DNA of 64,000 nt from Ophelia neglecta (GCA_965285935.1 OZ260667.1:27590001-27654000); one strand, 5' to 3'; counted from the first letter of the stretch, positions 12,101 to 27,699 are shown. Notes: generated from the sequence alone by a model not told the origin. Program-made: numbers and translations.

Positions 12101-14759
12101 CAATAACAATTTCTTTATAAGTCATTAAGAAGTGCCTTGGGAGACCATGGACAAATAGACACCTGAAAGTTGGAACTCAATAAAAATGTGGCACTCACTA
12201 GTTTATGATCGACGATACACATAACAGAATACACACCTACATAGGAGTCATCAGTTACTACCTTGGGGGAACATTGTACACATATATTGAGTGTGGGAGT
12301 GGCTTAAGGAAATAAAATACATTACCATGACATTCAGTCAGCACGGAGTCCGGTGCCTTCGGGCAAAGGTAATCAACAACAAAGCATAACGAATTGCTAT
12401 ACAATTAACAAACCTGGAGAGGGGGGGGGGGACATTATTGTATTCAATCCAATGTATAGACGTAGGGAACCATCATTTAGTTAAGTATGAGACTTTGAAA
12501 TGCTCTCAGATAATTTTAATGGCCATGGTAAGGCCACAGTATATACATTAAATTACTTACCCTAAGTAAATAAAGAACACGTTTCATTTCATATTCTTTG
12601 ACTTATTTAGCATAGGGCCATCACAAAGTTACCTTATGACCTCTATAAACATACTATTTTGAAAATTACTATTGTTTCTGCAATATTTGTTGTGTACTAA
12701 CCCATTTGTGATAAGTTAGAAGACGTTGATTCATGTGTCTGATATATAGCTATCTGGATTGGTGCGTTCTTTTTGGGTAAAGTGCACATAATTTCATGGT
12801 AAAGGTGCTCTTGGGTAACATTTGCATGTAGACATGATAGTACATGAGTGTATTCCGGAGGAATTTACTCATATATGGAGATTTTATGGTGCTCTCTGTA
12901 CCCACAGGCAACTATGCAACCATTCTAGGTGTAGTTGTACGATTTTATATTACCGACGTCATGGACCACATAGGATATAAATGCAGGTTCCGACGGGTAA
13001 ATATAAACACCATCTGTTGACAATTTCGAGCATAGCTAACATTAGAAATTGGAACGATGTTTGCACACATTTCATATGATTATCATGTCATTCACTTGTT
13101 AATCGCTGCTCCTATTCCTGGGCAAATTATACCAATATGGTAATCGAGTTCTCCCATGACAACTCGTAAAGGAGCTACTGAATTAATAATTAGGTGACAA
13201 AAAGTCGCTTTGGGATGGAATAAGGTCGATAACCGTCTAAGAAGGGAGGTACCAAAAGGGATAGTCAGGTGCATCTGACAATGCATGCGCAATATACAGG
13301 TATCAAATGAGTGAAACTTAAAACTTCAAACTAGCTTGGCAATTTTATTGGACATGAAAAGTTGTCATAATATGAATATAGTTGCCAAAGAATGACAGCA
13401 AATTTATAAGAGGAGAGATAGTTTTGCCTGGAAGTCATTTGATATCTCTCGCGAAGGCTATATAAAAATGGTTGTATCTCAAAAGCTCGCAGAAAGGTTC
13501 ATTCAAGGAGTGAAGTAATACCTGGAGACATAATGTTCCAGGCTTTTGTAGCTTATGAAGGCAACGTGGCACATTTGAAGGGATAAAAACTGCTCGTTAT
13601 ACTGTTATTAAAAGTCGTATTTTTTCTGAAATACGCTCATAACTGTAAATGCTACCAACATCCAAGGTTTTTATCACATTAGATGCCATCACAGACGAAT
13701 CTGAGTATATATTACATCCGGATGCCAAAAGATGCTGAGAAAAAGCAAAGGACGCTTCACTCTCCCTGTCTTAACTTATTACTTGACGCTTTACTAATCA
13801 AAGGACGTCTCATTCTGTTTTTAAATGATTGTCAAATATTGTCTTCATATGGGCAACATAATGTTCAAAAAGAACTGCCTGGATACATCTGTTTTGCAGG
13901 TTATACGGCCTAGATGGCTTGTGTTTGCAAAACTGCCAGTTATGCCTTATATATTTAGTGAATAAAATACCCATTTAATCTTGTAAACAATGTCCTATAT
14001 GATGGTTTTATCTGGACTGGGTATAGTAAATGTAGCAAGGCACTCATTACCTTCTTTAGTATAAAGTGGAAATAAATGGCCATATTATCAATAATTTATA
14101 TATGAATTTGAATATTTATTTTCATTTTGACCTTCACTCGGATAGCCCAGCTCAAATTGATTGAATTTTGCCAAAGCAAAAGGGATATTTTACCCTCAGC
14201 ACTATACCGACAAATAACACAATGGCCTGAAATCTAGGTCTTAAATTTAAGTACAATTGGTGTGGATTTTTTAACGACTTATATGAAAAATTGTCTTTCG
14301 CCTCATTTACAGTGTACCCGATACCTAAATTAATTACGCACAATGTTTGGAAAAAAATGTCAAAAAAAGTGTCTGAACCAAGCTTGTTTAAAATTTGTAC
14401 TTAAAAAATACTTTCGTTATGATTTCCAAAGTTCACTTGTTTTATTATTAAACCTGGTTACCTATTTTCATCAACCTTTCTGAAGTTAAGCTTGCATTCA
14501 AGAAAGGTTTAGCAATAAATCTTCTTCAGTGTATTTTCTACGATAACGTTTTTGTGTCTGCTTTGGGCTCATTTTCTCTTGAACCCCATGTAAATTTGGA
14601 TGATTAGGGATCAAGCTCTCGGTGTCATTTACTGATTAAGTTATGGAAAAGCCACAAATAGGCTAGACAAAAATGAGAGTGAGCTACATCACCAAATCAT
14701 CATAATCAAGCTGGTTACTAATGATGGCCGTCTTGATTTATCAAGGATATTTGATGTGA

Positions 14760-15400
14760 ACCTTGCGCTTGTCATGAATATAATCATTCCATAGCTCTCG
14801 TCTGGGCTGTTTCCTGACGAGATGAAAAAACAGTTGTGACAACTCTGCTTTAGGCTTTAAATGGTTTGGATGTCAATATATTACAGAATTAAAGACCAGG
14901 TAGTAACTTCTCATTTGTATCCAAGTCTCTTAAGAGAGTTGCAGCGCAGCGTTCTAAATATATGTGTGACCATGCCGTCCATGAAGTGCTCCATTCTGCG
15001 AATAAGCCGGGGCCAATCCATAGAGACTGCACTGCCGTGTGTTGATAACGATTTATTGACGACCACGGATGGCCGTCGAAGAGTCATCTTTGTTTTGCTA
15101 CATCTGACCGAAGCCTTTGACACAATTGACCATGAAGTTTTCCTCCAATGGAGTCGATTGTTAGTGTCAAGGGATTAGCTGTCAGCTAGTTCCAGTCCTA
15201 TCTATCCAATCGAACGCAGTCGTTAAGTATAGGACAAGTACATTCACTAGTCCAGGTTTTGCTGCCATGTGATGTTACACAGGGATCAGTTCTTGGTCCA
15301 CTATGATTTCTTATATACATCCTTCCTCTCTGGTTGCTCATCTGGCAGTAGGGCTTCCGCCTCCCATATACGCTGATAATACTCGGATATATCTGGCTGT
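14760..15400 (+). mobile_element. Decayed L2/CR1-clade LINE reverse-transcriptase fragment
   Basis: Frameshifted RT motifs: SIETALPCVDNDLL...VIFVLLHLTEAFDTIDHEVFL (cf. STETAL...LLDLSAAFDTVDH), FQSYLSNRTQ, VTQGSVLGPL, YADNTRIYL (YADD box). Confidence 0.85.
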
Positions 15401-16870
15401 TAAACCAATGGTCATATTTCATTGTGAAGCGCATTTGCACTGGCACATGTTATACACAGTTTTATTAAAATCTTGCATTGTCCTTAACACAGATACTTGA
15501 TAGTTGAGATCAAATGGTACAATTATTATGAACGAAGAATGTTTCGGGCAGACCCACAATGACTTCATGTTGAGAAACATGCACCTTAGCTATGTTCACA
15601 GATGGATAATCACATGGAATGTGTGGTACAATATCTGCCGTTATTTCATTATGCATAATGGATATAGCATTCCCACATTGTGGTGTCCAACTATAGTTAC
15701 AAGTATCAAATGTCACAAACATTTGTAGATAGAGCTAAGCCTCGAGGACTGGTGGCAGTCTGTACATAATGCCATCGCGGTTATTGGGGATTCAATTTAC
15801 AATCGATGCCTCTCTTTAGGACTGCTCTGGTTTAAGTTCCAGTTACCATTGTTTTAGGTCCTAAATAGTAAAAGGCCGCAAACAGGCGTCTGATGAATTC
15901 TATCCATCCTAGGGCTAGTGGGCATGTCCATCAGCTTTAAACTGATATAGCATCGTATGTTGCAAATGCAAGTGTTCAATCACAATCAAAGCGCAACAGA
16001 TTCACTAAACATTGCTCACATTTCTTTGCACTGTCGCGAAAATATAATACCATTTCCCTTTGTAGAATTCAACAACATTTAACTCCTTCATTGGTCATTT
16101 ACGGAGACAAATCTATCTGAAATAGAGAGGTCTTCTAAAGTGCATTAGTTACATGTACCTATCGCTCCATCGGTTGACCAAATTGTACTCTAAAATGCAT
16201 GAAATCGGTCTTTGAAAACTAAAAGCTGTGTATGATTGATTCTCAACTGAGTCATACTATGTTGGATTTCACTACAAATTTATTTCAAAATTGCTTCATT
16301 TAACACATCGCATTGGTTAAAACCTTTGATCCAAGCCATAATGAGTTAAACGAAAGTCCAAAGAAAGCAGGAACGAAGACGTTACCTTGTCTGACATCAA
16401 ACATTTACTGCAGCCAATGAGTAGTAGCCATTGAAATTTAATTGACCTTGTTCGTAATCGGCGCTACATCTCATTCATCAAAGATATATCCCTATACATT
16501 GGTTCAAAAGCAGGAGCGAATGTAATTCTTGCCACAACAAAGATGAATTCTCTTATCTACATGCACCTAACGAGTGTATATCGAGAATAAGATAATATAA
16601 TATTGTCGAAACCCGATGCCCAGCAAACGGTTTTGACTGTAGTCATGTACGGTTTGCGGCATACACAGCAAAGAGTAAATCATCAGTCCGTTCATAGAAG
16701 TGAATACCCAATTATGAACATCACATTGTTCTATTCTTTTAGTTTGTTTACAAAACCCTCGAAATCCCAAAACTAAAGAGCAATCAACCTTTTGCGAGAT
16801 GCAATTTTCATTGGAAAGGTGGTATGGAGAAGGTTCACATGCAGAATTAACCACGCTGGCTCATTCCAGG

Positions 16871-16985
16871 GAGTGGATACCCGGCAGACAATACCAAATC
16901 ATTGATGTAGAGTAGTCCTTTAATCGGTCATCAGCAACCAGCAGCCACAGGAACAGGCACACCAATACATCAACCTCCAGCTCCC
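16871..16985 (+). repeat. Unclassified dispersed repeat, copy A (copy B at 42488-42609, inverted)
   Basis: gagtggatacccggcagacaataccaaatcattgat...cacaccaata aligns to the reverse complement of 42488-42609. Confidence 0.75.
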
Positions 16986-19859
16986 AAACAGCACGTAAAT
17001 GTGTAACCCAAATACTAAAAAAGGAAAACATAAATTTGATGTCATTACAAAGACAAGTAGTCACCAGTTTTCAATGAAGCGGGTCAGCACATAAAACAAA
17101 CGAGTCATTGGACAATGTAGGACAAAGATGAAATATGTCCAGAAGTGGACGCAGACGAGGTTGAATGGTGCATCATATCGATCAAAAGATGTAACGCTAT
17201 GCATCAAACTTCGCGAAGAACTGACACACTCTTAACATGTTACTGGACGAGATACTATGCTTGCCCCTGGTGATATCTGGTAATGTAACCAGATCAGTGA
17301 CTTGTTTACAGGCAAGGTAATACAACGGGCTTCTAGTCAAGGTGATAACTCACGTCATACGCACTTTTCATTATTATGATAATCAATTTATCGGTACAAT
17401 GCAGTTGAATTCTGCAGTGTAACTGTACATGCCTTCAAGTTACAGAAAACCATTGACCATGAGACGGCCAAAATATTCCTGTCTTGAGAATGCAATGAGT
17501 TAACTTGATCAATTTATACCGCAGTCAAAATGTCCTTTTAAGTTAAAAAAATTCTCTTAGTATTGCCAATAGAAGGCAACACTGTGGCAAGAATATCTTT
17601 TCCTATGAACATGGCAATTCTACCTTTATGTGTGAGGATGGCATTGTAAAAAATAACTGATGATCAGTTTGTCAAATCGTCAGATAGATGGAAGCGTATT
17701 GGCAACTAAGGTGATTCCCAACAATAGTATTTCAAGACCAAACGTTTGCATTGTTACTTTATAAATATATAACGGTCTACGAAAGAAGTCAGTGTAGTTT
17801 TACAACAAGAGGTGCCGTTCTATAATTGTCTCCTGTCAGTCACCGCATGAATTGTCCATGGGTATTATTAGGTTTTAACAAAACAGAAAGCGCTGGTCAT
17901 TCCTAAAATCAAGGTGCTTCTCATTGTGGCGAGCATCTATGTATACCGTGAATTATTCATATATGAATACAAATCGTTGTATCCCCGATATGTTTACTAA
18001 GAATAGAAATAATGAAAATATGTGTATATCGCCGAAGGGTTGCGTTTGGCCGCGAGGAGGACATGCAGCAAATTTAAAGATAAACTTATGATATATAGTT
18101 AAGATCTGTTCTGCCAAAACACCAATACCATAGTAACTTCACATGGCAGTAGGTGAACACGTGTAGATGTATGATTTCAACAGTCCGAATAGTCGACGCA
18201 ATGTCGCCTGGGGCTTTTAGCCACTTGACCAACAACAAGCGATAAGACTTTCCTGTGAGACGCTCCGGCAACAGGCGTGATTGACTTACAAAAAACCCAA
18301 TCTCCGGGATCATCATTCAGAGGAGATTTTGATATTCTCCTGAGCACGCATCACGGATAAGGGTTTGAAAAAGCGCTTCAATTCGATTCGTCGTTACTTC
18401 CAGTTATTGATGTCAATTTTCCCAAAATTGTGAGGCCGGCGGCAACTGCCATTGACATTTCATCCCTGGGAGTTCTGATTGGGACTTTAGCTGTCATTCA
18501 TCAATCCAATATGCACCAGACAAGTTGAGTAATTTATAGACCTTTCCTGGGAGGAAAAAGTCCAAAGGTTATTTTGTAGAATGGTGGCGATGTTCATTTG
18601 TTTAATAACAGTTAAACATAAACAGTTTAACATAAAATTACAGTAGTCGAACAAGCACGTATAGACAGCAGCCGATCCCTTGTATACCTTAAATAATTGA
18701 TCTGACCTTTTTTCGAGGCTTAATTCATATCCATCAGATAAAAGTTGTGCGCAATCCTAGGTAACAGTAGGAAGGAGCATATAAATATCACGGGACTGTG
18801 TAGAGGCCAGTCAAGAGCGAAGTAAGCGATTTGTCTCGGTAAAACTGTAATACATGTTTTATTATTGTCAATTTACCACAGGTTATATTTTAATTTTGTA
18901 TTTCTTGTGATTGAACAAATGAGTTTTAATTAGGCAACTAAATAACAAGCTAGTTGTTTTCAACAACCGACTGATATCGTGCACTAGAAGTAAAGGCAAT
19001 GGTACAACTATGAGGTGATTAAATGTGGGTAGTTTTAAAACAAAATGCCTGAACATCTTTGAGTATCATCCAATACAACTTTTAAAACGCCAAATACAGA
19101 AACGAACAGATAGGTGACCCATGTCCCTAGGCTTAACAAACTGTGTTTGCCTGAATATCTCCAATGCTGACTGACTTTACCTCTTATGTTACAACACATT
19201 TTACTTCAAGAATTCATAAGAGAAATGTGTCGGCTTCTAAGGAAATAATAATGCCATGGTAATACATCAGGCACCACACTTCCATGAATATACCGGCTTA
19301 CCTGATTCCATAGTACACAATATTTAATGCTACGGACATGTTTAGCTGGATATTGTCTCAATAACCCCTTATTGGTTTCTAATTACCCCCCTTTATCATG
19401 CAAAACTTTAAAGTTTAAAGTGGACTAGTCTGACAATGCACTTGAAGCATTATACAGAATGGAAAATTGGGTTGTACAATATCGGTGCTATTAAGAAGAA
19501 GGGAGGAACCTTGTTCAATCATCTCAAACCCTGGTCAAATTACCTTCGTTATCTTGGCCTGCCACTCATGCGAGCAAAGTAGCCTTTAATCAAGTGATGT
19601 AATATTATATATCATCAAGACAAAACGATAAATGTATACTTGTAATCGCACTTAATTTTGCGGGTTATTCTCCACCATAATAACTGTCTGCAGGTGTCAC
19701 CGCGGCACAGCCCTCAAAGGTCGGGGGAGGGGAGGGGGGTATAACAAAGGTGCGCATTCGGAAAGTCCAATTTTGGGTCATTCTTATAGCACTGCCACTG
19801 AAAATCTACCTTAATGGCTTTATTTTAGCAGACATTATATCGCCGGAGGCCCACAAGAG

Positions 19860-20078
19860 GGGATTTTGAAAGGGGATGGTACACATGTGACATGTCAAAA
19901 TTTGGCATTTAGAGTAGCAGGGCAAAATATTGGGGTTATATTAAAACATCATATTAAAACAGAGGGGGTATCTTTTAGATCTCGAGTCTTAAAAAAATAC
20001 ACTCTTAATTATAGCGGAGCATCCATATACTAGGTCTAGATGGCAGTGCCCCCCCCCCTCATCCGTTGCCACGGTCCT
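19860..20078. mobile_element. Probable non-autonomous DNA transposon (MITE) end
   Basis: Terminus ...gatggcagtgcccccccccc (GGGGGGCACTGCCATC on the minus strand) of the kind seen in marine-invertebrate MITEs. No partner end or TSD found. Confidence 0.3.
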
Positions 20079-23000
20079 ACACTTAATTAATTGAGGCCGA
20101 GCTAGATGGACTAGCGATGTCCACAGAAGAGGAAGGGGACGTCTACTGGCGTTTCTGGCAATTTACAATCCGTCACCACTCATTTTGACTAATAAATATT
20201 TAGTAGTGCCACCTCTGCTGAGCCATAAAACGTCTGTGTCCCCATGAAACTTGAGGAGCGTTGTCATTTCTATTAGAAAACTTGCCCAACTCAGGTTAGA
20301 ATATGCGGTAGTTACTTTGTCGGTATAATTTAATCAATCTTCTGGGTATCCATCAAAACCTTCTTCACTAGTTCAAGGAGAACTCAGTAGTCATAAAGTG
20401 TGTGCGAGTGAGTGCCAAGGGTAGCGACTAATGATTCATGGGCAAGGAGTCTCTCTTCTTTCATCTAGCTCCCCGGTGATGACTTTTACTTTGCTTCGCC
20501 AATAAATCAGTGGGGATTTGAGCCTCGAACGATCGATAATTAAAACGGTAAGTTACAATCGAGGTATCCCTGTGTGGGTAATGCTTGGGGATAATCAAAT
20601 CACCCTTGCCCCGCAACCATAGGTTCCTCACAGGGATATGAGACCTATACTGAGTGAAAAAAATCTGCTCTCCTATTCATATGGTTAGCTCCTCAATATC
20701 TAAATAATATCCATCATTAAGACGGCCAGTTTTCTTTGTTTGTAGCACGTTTCCTCTTAAGTCGTATCAGCCATCCTCAACCATGGTCATCAATATTGTA
20801 ATCAGGTCAGATTACCCAAGAAATGTCTTGCTTTAAAGAAACATTGGTTGAATGCTGATTTTAGCTACTCGCTTAATAAACGAGTATTGATTCTGAAACA
20901 ATCGTCCATAAGGCCATTCGGATTGCATTGAATAACTTCCCATTTTCAATCCATTAAATACGCTGTCATGCTCCCTGGGCGTATATTCTTTAACAGTTTC
21001 CTAGACCACACCAGCTCCCTTCAGATATGCGCGCTTCTCATTTCCTTTCGGTTGATGTATTTCGGATAATCAATGGTAATTGTGATTTTTGGAGGGAATT
21101 TATCCTTCTATATCTGTGCAATAATATCATTCAATCATTGTTGTGTCATGACCAAAGTAGCCACGGAATGACCCAGAATTGGTTTGAAAGTCTATTATTC
21201 AGGATTTAAGGCTTAAGGTCACAGGTGTCGTTTGCATCGAATCACCCCGAGATGCATATTGAACATCAATTCAACACGAGAATACCTCCTTTGTGATTCG
21301 GAATGGCGCTTAACACCGAAATCGTCATTTTGACGTCGCTGCCTCTTGTGCCTTTTAAGTAGAAACCAAGCTGATTATTTCCTAGCATTCTGCGAGATAA
21401 TTAGACGGGCGTCGGGCAGTTGCTTAACACTATCACTTTAAGCGAAAGATTAATTTCACCATGACACCGAGACTTCGAAGATCCTGGCATCCTTTAAGTG
21501 GCTGTGTTGATTGTCAATGGATTCTGACAGTGTGGAGCACTTTCAGTCAGTTGATAATTTTTATTCGTCTGCTCAGATCAATAACTCAGTTTTGGCGGGC
21601 AGGTGATATTAGAGGGTTGTCAAATCCTTTAGAGCCAGTGAAAGTGGCATAAAATAAACAGTGATAGGAGAAAAATCCAACAGAAGCTTTCGAAATTGAG
21701 CAAAAAGCCACCACGATCGATAAGACTTACATTTGTACCATATTCGGCACTGGGATTCAATCCGCTTTTCTGGTTAATGCTTCAACAATTTTTGAAAGCA
21801 TATTAAGATAAGCAGGAAATTATACCAGTGTCTAAAGATTGAATTTCGAACTTGGGATAACGCGCGTGAATTATAAAGCCCCTCTTTTCTAAAGTTGAGG
21901 GGTTGAGAATTTATTCCTTCCTGTGAGATTTGTGATTGCCAGGAGTAGTGGTCGAACACTGCACACCTTTCTCATGTAAGAGTTCACCCCATCTTGTTGT
22001 CAGCTCACTAGACATACAATGTCATTGAATTGGAGCCAATTTCACAAAAGTACCAAGGAAAACAAAAGTGCAACAAAGAATACTTATATTTTTATGTAAA
22101 GAATCAGAATCAGACATAATATATATATGCCTAAAAAGTTTAGTCAATGTGTGTCTAGTCCTTGTAAAGAAGGCATTGGCGTACCTAACTGTCAATAAAG
22201 TCTGTGAAAAAAAAGCAATGCACCTATTGTATTACTTTATTTATGTGCCCACACAAATTGATGATATATTGTGAAATGCTCAAACAAATTGTAAGTTTAG
22301 TACATATCTGGCATTTCCTGAACAGCAATAAACTGGATGCAGCGAAAGCCGCAGCAGAAAGCAAACCCTAAGTTGCCAAGGTTGTGGATAACTTAGACTT
22401 GATTGTGATATGACATTCTTGACACTTGAAAATTAAAAGGATGCACTAAATTGCATTAATATGTTTCTTAAACAAATAGGTCTTTAAGTATGCAAAAGAT
22501 CCTTTTCGCGGTAAAGTTATACAAGCCATACATAGGTATTCCCGAAATAATGTGCATTCTTTCCTATTCGCGAAAATGAAGTAGATGAAAGTGACCCCCG
22601 GCGACCAGACTCCTTTCAATTTGCGTTTTATGAATTTATGAAGCAGATTTCCTCACTATATGCCAAAGTCGAGTCCTTATGGACAGAGGCCTGAAAAGTT
22701 TATATTTTGTTTTGACTTATAACCATGCATTGGGACATTTTCAACAACATAATGTGCTGCTCGTTTTACCTACCAGCAACATATCTCCTAATGTAGTACC
22801 TAATCTTATTTTTTCGACTGTAGGATTGAAATTATTTGTGTCAGTTCTTGCACCTGCTTCCTGGTTCTATCTATGCTTGTAGTAGTAATCGAATTATTAT
22901 CTCCTTCATATTATCTAGACCCACATAAGCAATTTTTGCTTCAGGAGCATTTGTTGTCTTCATTATTAACTTTACTATACTCATGTCGTTGTTAATGAAA

Positions 23001-24179
23001 ATACTACTACTACTATTACCAGTACCAATAGCGTACCATTAGTTAGGACCTACATTCAAACTCGGGAAGAGTATATGCTTAACTTTCCAAAAAATAATGC
23101 GCATAGAGTCCGAAGAATGATAATATCTCATGTGGCACCATATATAATAATATTATCCAGGGCTTGCACTTTGATAATTTCAGATAATTCTGGTTCATTT
23201 TAGAAACATGTTCAAAGTTAAAATTCATATAATTATGATGCTGGTTTCTACGTGCAGGAGGAATGTATGTGGTGTAAAGTGTTGTAGTTGTAGGGTTAAG
23301 GACCCTCATGGAAATAATTTTTTCCATAAACTATAGAAACTATCCTGTCACTATTTATATATATGCATGCTTACGTTTATTGCCACCACTCTGATATTAT
23401 ATAGATGAGAAACTTGCTGTTGCGAGTGCTAATTTAGAAATAAAGCTGCAATTTATCATATGTACTATTTTACATCACTGTATGCCATGCTTTTAGTCAC
23501 GAAAATAAAATCAGTCAAGAAAGATTATCACTGGGGCCACACTATACTGGTGCAGTACCGGTGAAATATGAGATGGCTAGACGCGGTGGTAAACCATCTT
23601 TGAATCGTGAATTTACGTTTATATTAACTACGACACACCAAATGATGCTTATTGCAGTTAAACACGGGTAACGCAGTTACAAGTCGTTTTACTACATAAA
23701 CACCGTTTATATCAACAAACATAATATATTGCTTCCTAATGGGGCTTGGATGTATACTTAAGCAGAATACACAAGGAACCCAAGCAATCAAAAATCGACA
23801 TATTCTCCTTACAAACAATAACCGTCCAACGACGGTCTAGGCATTATTGATAGTTTAAAAAGCTTAATCAATGTGCAGTATTGATGTACAGCCAATATAT
23901 CATACGCTATTGATTGCGGAACAAATATGTGCAACGTGTGCTGATGTGATGGCTGACTGATGTAGATATTTTTGAGCACACAGCCATATACCAACCCCAC
24001 TATATTAATGAATTGTATGGCTGATAATTTGTTGCCCAATTTCTAGTTTAATTGTGAGTAGATTTCGTCATTTCACGATAGTGGTGCCGGCCGCGCATCA
24101 GTATTGTAAACATACAGTGATCTTAGTCGCTCCCAGAACAGGTCTAGGTCTGCTAATATACTGTAAGGGAAGGCGCGGA

Positions 24180-24420
24180 CTGGCTGGTACTTGCATGCGA
24201 TTGTCTGTAGACATGCGGCCAAGGATCCCTAAGTTTTTTGCTTGCCAAAGACGATTGGCAGGTAGACGGGCTAGGTCCTCATTCACCTTGATGGGTTTGC
24301 TGAGTCCCTTTTGATTCCATTTTGCTGGAAAACTGGTCGGCAATAATAGTAGCTTGTCCAATTAACCACCACTCTTGACTTTTTTTGGCCCGTCCGGGTG
24401 AGTATATCAATTTGGTATTC
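24180..24420 (-). mobile_element. Decayed LINE ORF1 (L1-type RRM/C-terminal domain) fragment
   Basis: Frameshifted translation IDILTRTG / PKKSRVVVNWTSYYYCRPVF / PAKWNQKGLSKPIKVNEDLARLPANRLWQAKNL...STDNRMQV resembles the ORF1 pattern IDRAHRLG-RPIIVKF-LKG-INEDL-LLW-WTxDGRI. Confidence 0.6.
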
Positions 24421-25039
24421 AGACAAGAGAACTTCGGTTTTTAATCACCTGTCAACTGGAGCACACTTAATAACAGTAATTTTTGCACCCACTATCACCG
24501 TCCATTGACTGAGCGGACTGAGTTAATAATTAAACAACTTAATATGGGCAAATTCTTTCATTAAACAATGCAGCTATGGTATATAACATATTTGAAGGGC
24601 TGGCAATATTCACCAAGTCGAGAAGATATGAATGCAATTTCCCTTTCCAATTGCAAGGATCTCTCAAATCCTTCATTAGTCAGGCTTTATGGAATAATTT
24701 CAACTGGAGTCTCACGTTTATCAGAAATGCATGTCCATTGTTGATCTTTCAAGGGCGTATTTCATCCTCGCCCAACGTCAACCACTTGCTGGATGGTGCA
24801 GTTGTTTTTCCCTTAAATTATGAAAAACCGTATACTGCACGTTTCCCCAATGAATCCCAAATGGAAATGATACATAGATTATATCTGACCCATTAAGTAT
24901 TGTATGAGCAACATTAAACCTAACATTTCATGCTAAGCATTGTATCATTATATATTATCATTATTTTCATTTTGTAAATCGGAAGAACCTTTTAATAAGT
25001 AAATCATAAATGCTGGGAGTGCAATCTGGTGCCTGTTGT

Positions 25040-26520
25040 TGCTATATTTTCTAAACGGGTTATATTTGTTAAACTACATATCCTTTTAACTGAATATGTT
25101 ATGGGAAAATGGGGCCCTCTATAAGGTCAGATGATTTATGTATCCTAAAATTATTTTTTGATATCCGCAAGGTGTCTAGTATAAAATAAAATCATTTTCC
25201 CATACTGCAATATTGCGCAAATGGTTCACTTTTGCGCCCATCTTGCAGACCATCTTGGATTCCTGCAGAAAATCTTTGTTTGCAGAGTTTTTGAACTCAA
25301 CATTGCACAGAGACAAATTGCCCCATTTCCAATATCATTCTGGTATATGAGGAATCGATTGAAATGTTAAATTTCACGATATATAAAAATTAAACACAAC
25401 AAAAGTCTCTTACTACTAACAAAGTCTGTATACTTTGTATTCAAAATTTTGCGAATATATATATATTCATATATTACAAATTAGGATAGTCCCATAAAGT
25501 CTGTAACCAACATGAATTTGTAGTTATTAGAGGAGAATGAGGCATTACGTTAAAAATAAGGATGAATGTAATCTACATCTATTCTCAAGATCATTGTGTT
25601 CATCATGTCTCCATAGCTTTACTTACAGTTTTGAGACATAAGAGGTCTTAAGTCTATGCCTGCTTTCTTCTCACACCAACTTGGCAGACATTAATGATGG
25701 CGTTAGCCTCATTCTAGGTTTCAGATTACAGTAGGCTTCTGGATTCGTGATTATTCATGCTCATGTAGTTCATATCGGGGTGGAATTTCAAAATGATGGG
25801 GGATGGGGGGCTTCATGCAGCCACCACGGTCTAAAATTTTAGAGACATTCACATGAGCCACCTCCATGTTGGAATTGGAATACCTATTATAAAGAGCACT
25901 TAAAAAGCTCATAGTCTTCTCACACTTCTTCACGCCGGCTTAAACGGAAATGAAGATGTCCAGGAACTTCACGAAGCGATAGGAGATCATCTGATGACTT
26001 GACCTTGATAGCTTATGCGGTAGGAATCAGGAAAAGTAACTCTTACTCGTTGAATGCCCGCTTCAATATACTAGGAATACCTGCCTATAGAGCCCCGGCT
26101 ATTTACATAGGTCGGAACATTTGCAAAGGAGATGTTAGTGCTTAAGACAAGGTTCAATGTGATATAGCATTTGTCACCTGAGTTAAACGTCGGCATGGCC
26201 GACCCACTCATGAATACTATGATCTCAAGTCAGGTCTTCAGCTCTGTTCTGGATTGATGAAGTCATCTCATTCTAACTCTAGGATGTACTGAAAACACAG
26301 CGGAGCAACCTGCACATCCTCGTTCTGCCCAGTACCTAGGTCTTGAATGAAATCAAGCACAGCGAATATTGCCTTCAGATGCTCGTGCTTTGTTTTAAAG
26401 GCACTGTTAAGTTCTTGGGCTGTATCATACAGGTAATTGACCTACTCTTGCTCGAATGAGTTGAAAAATGAACTCATGGAAATCCGCTTCTTCCTCAAAT
26501 TGGAGAACGGTGCGGCAGTT
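25040..26520 (-). mobile_element. Possible decayed transposon: non-coding end plus interrupted protein-like sequence
   Basis: Stop-interrupted but protein-like minus-strand translation (e.g. YLYDTAQELNSAFKTKHEHLKAIFAVLDFIQDLG). No family motif recognised. Confidence 0.25.
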
Positions 26521-27699
26521 GTTCCGACTTTACACCATTATCAAACATTCGGGTCTTTGAACTGAGCTTGGTTATGCACTACTATAATTATGGAAGAAAA
26601 TTGGTCCGGTGACTTACTCCAATAATCCCAAAAAATGGCGCCACGGAAGCCGTAGAATATTGATCTTAGTCAGGAGCCTATGAAAGGAGGGGTAATCATT
26701 GACTACAAGGATGAAAGGAGAACGAGCATCTAATGCTATATTAAATATATTGCCAACGGAATTAGCTATCCTTTGAAAACATGGAACTGAAGTATGAAAG
26801 TCACTGTGCGTAGGAGAAGAACTCGGAAACAAAATTAACACGTTAATACATCCAATCAAGGGTAAGGGTCAGCCTAAGCTTATCATATAACTTCATAATA
26901 CAACAGGAGTTGTAGTTATACAAGTGGCTGACATTTTATCTAACCAGGTCACAAACCGAGCTACAGTTTATACTTTAGCAGCCAACTCTACCCGACCCAC
27001 CCTGTGGGCCAAGATAGTCGTTGTTGTGGCAGCTGATTCAGCTACCAATTAAAATAGGACTCCACACAAGCCAGTAATGTGAACGTTATCACAACACGGG
27101 AAAACTTTACACCGGTTAACCATACTGGTCACATTTTGCTGGCAAATGAACAAATAGCCTAGCAGATCTAACATGATGCTACAGAGAATCATTATGAGAC
27201 ATGAGGGAATGATGTCTAGTGAGTTCACAGAAAAATTAAAAGATAGGACGAAGCTAAAAAGTTTCTCTCCAAAACATTAGATGCTTGATAACTAGAAAAC
27301 AAATAACAACGATAAGAAATTTCAGCCTAAGCCAAAGGGTTTCAGTGAAAAAAGAAAACAACTAGAATGAAAAGATCTAATTAAGCAGGAACCGCGTTGA
27401 GGAAACAAGGGAATATGTAAAATACAATCATGGAAGACGAAGACGGATATGAAGCCAAACAACAAAGGGAAAATAAAGAGCAAGAATATACCTTCTTAAG
27501 AATACACGATCTTCAACATATTGCTTCAGCATTCAAGGAAAATATGAAAGATCTCATACGTCAGGCATTAAACTTTCCAAGCTATATTTATATTTTCGAA
27601 ACTGAGATACACCAAAATACTAGCAGATAAAGAAAGCACGATAATTCAAAGCAAGCAACCGATGATTAATGGGTACGATAAAAACTACAATTTCAAGAG

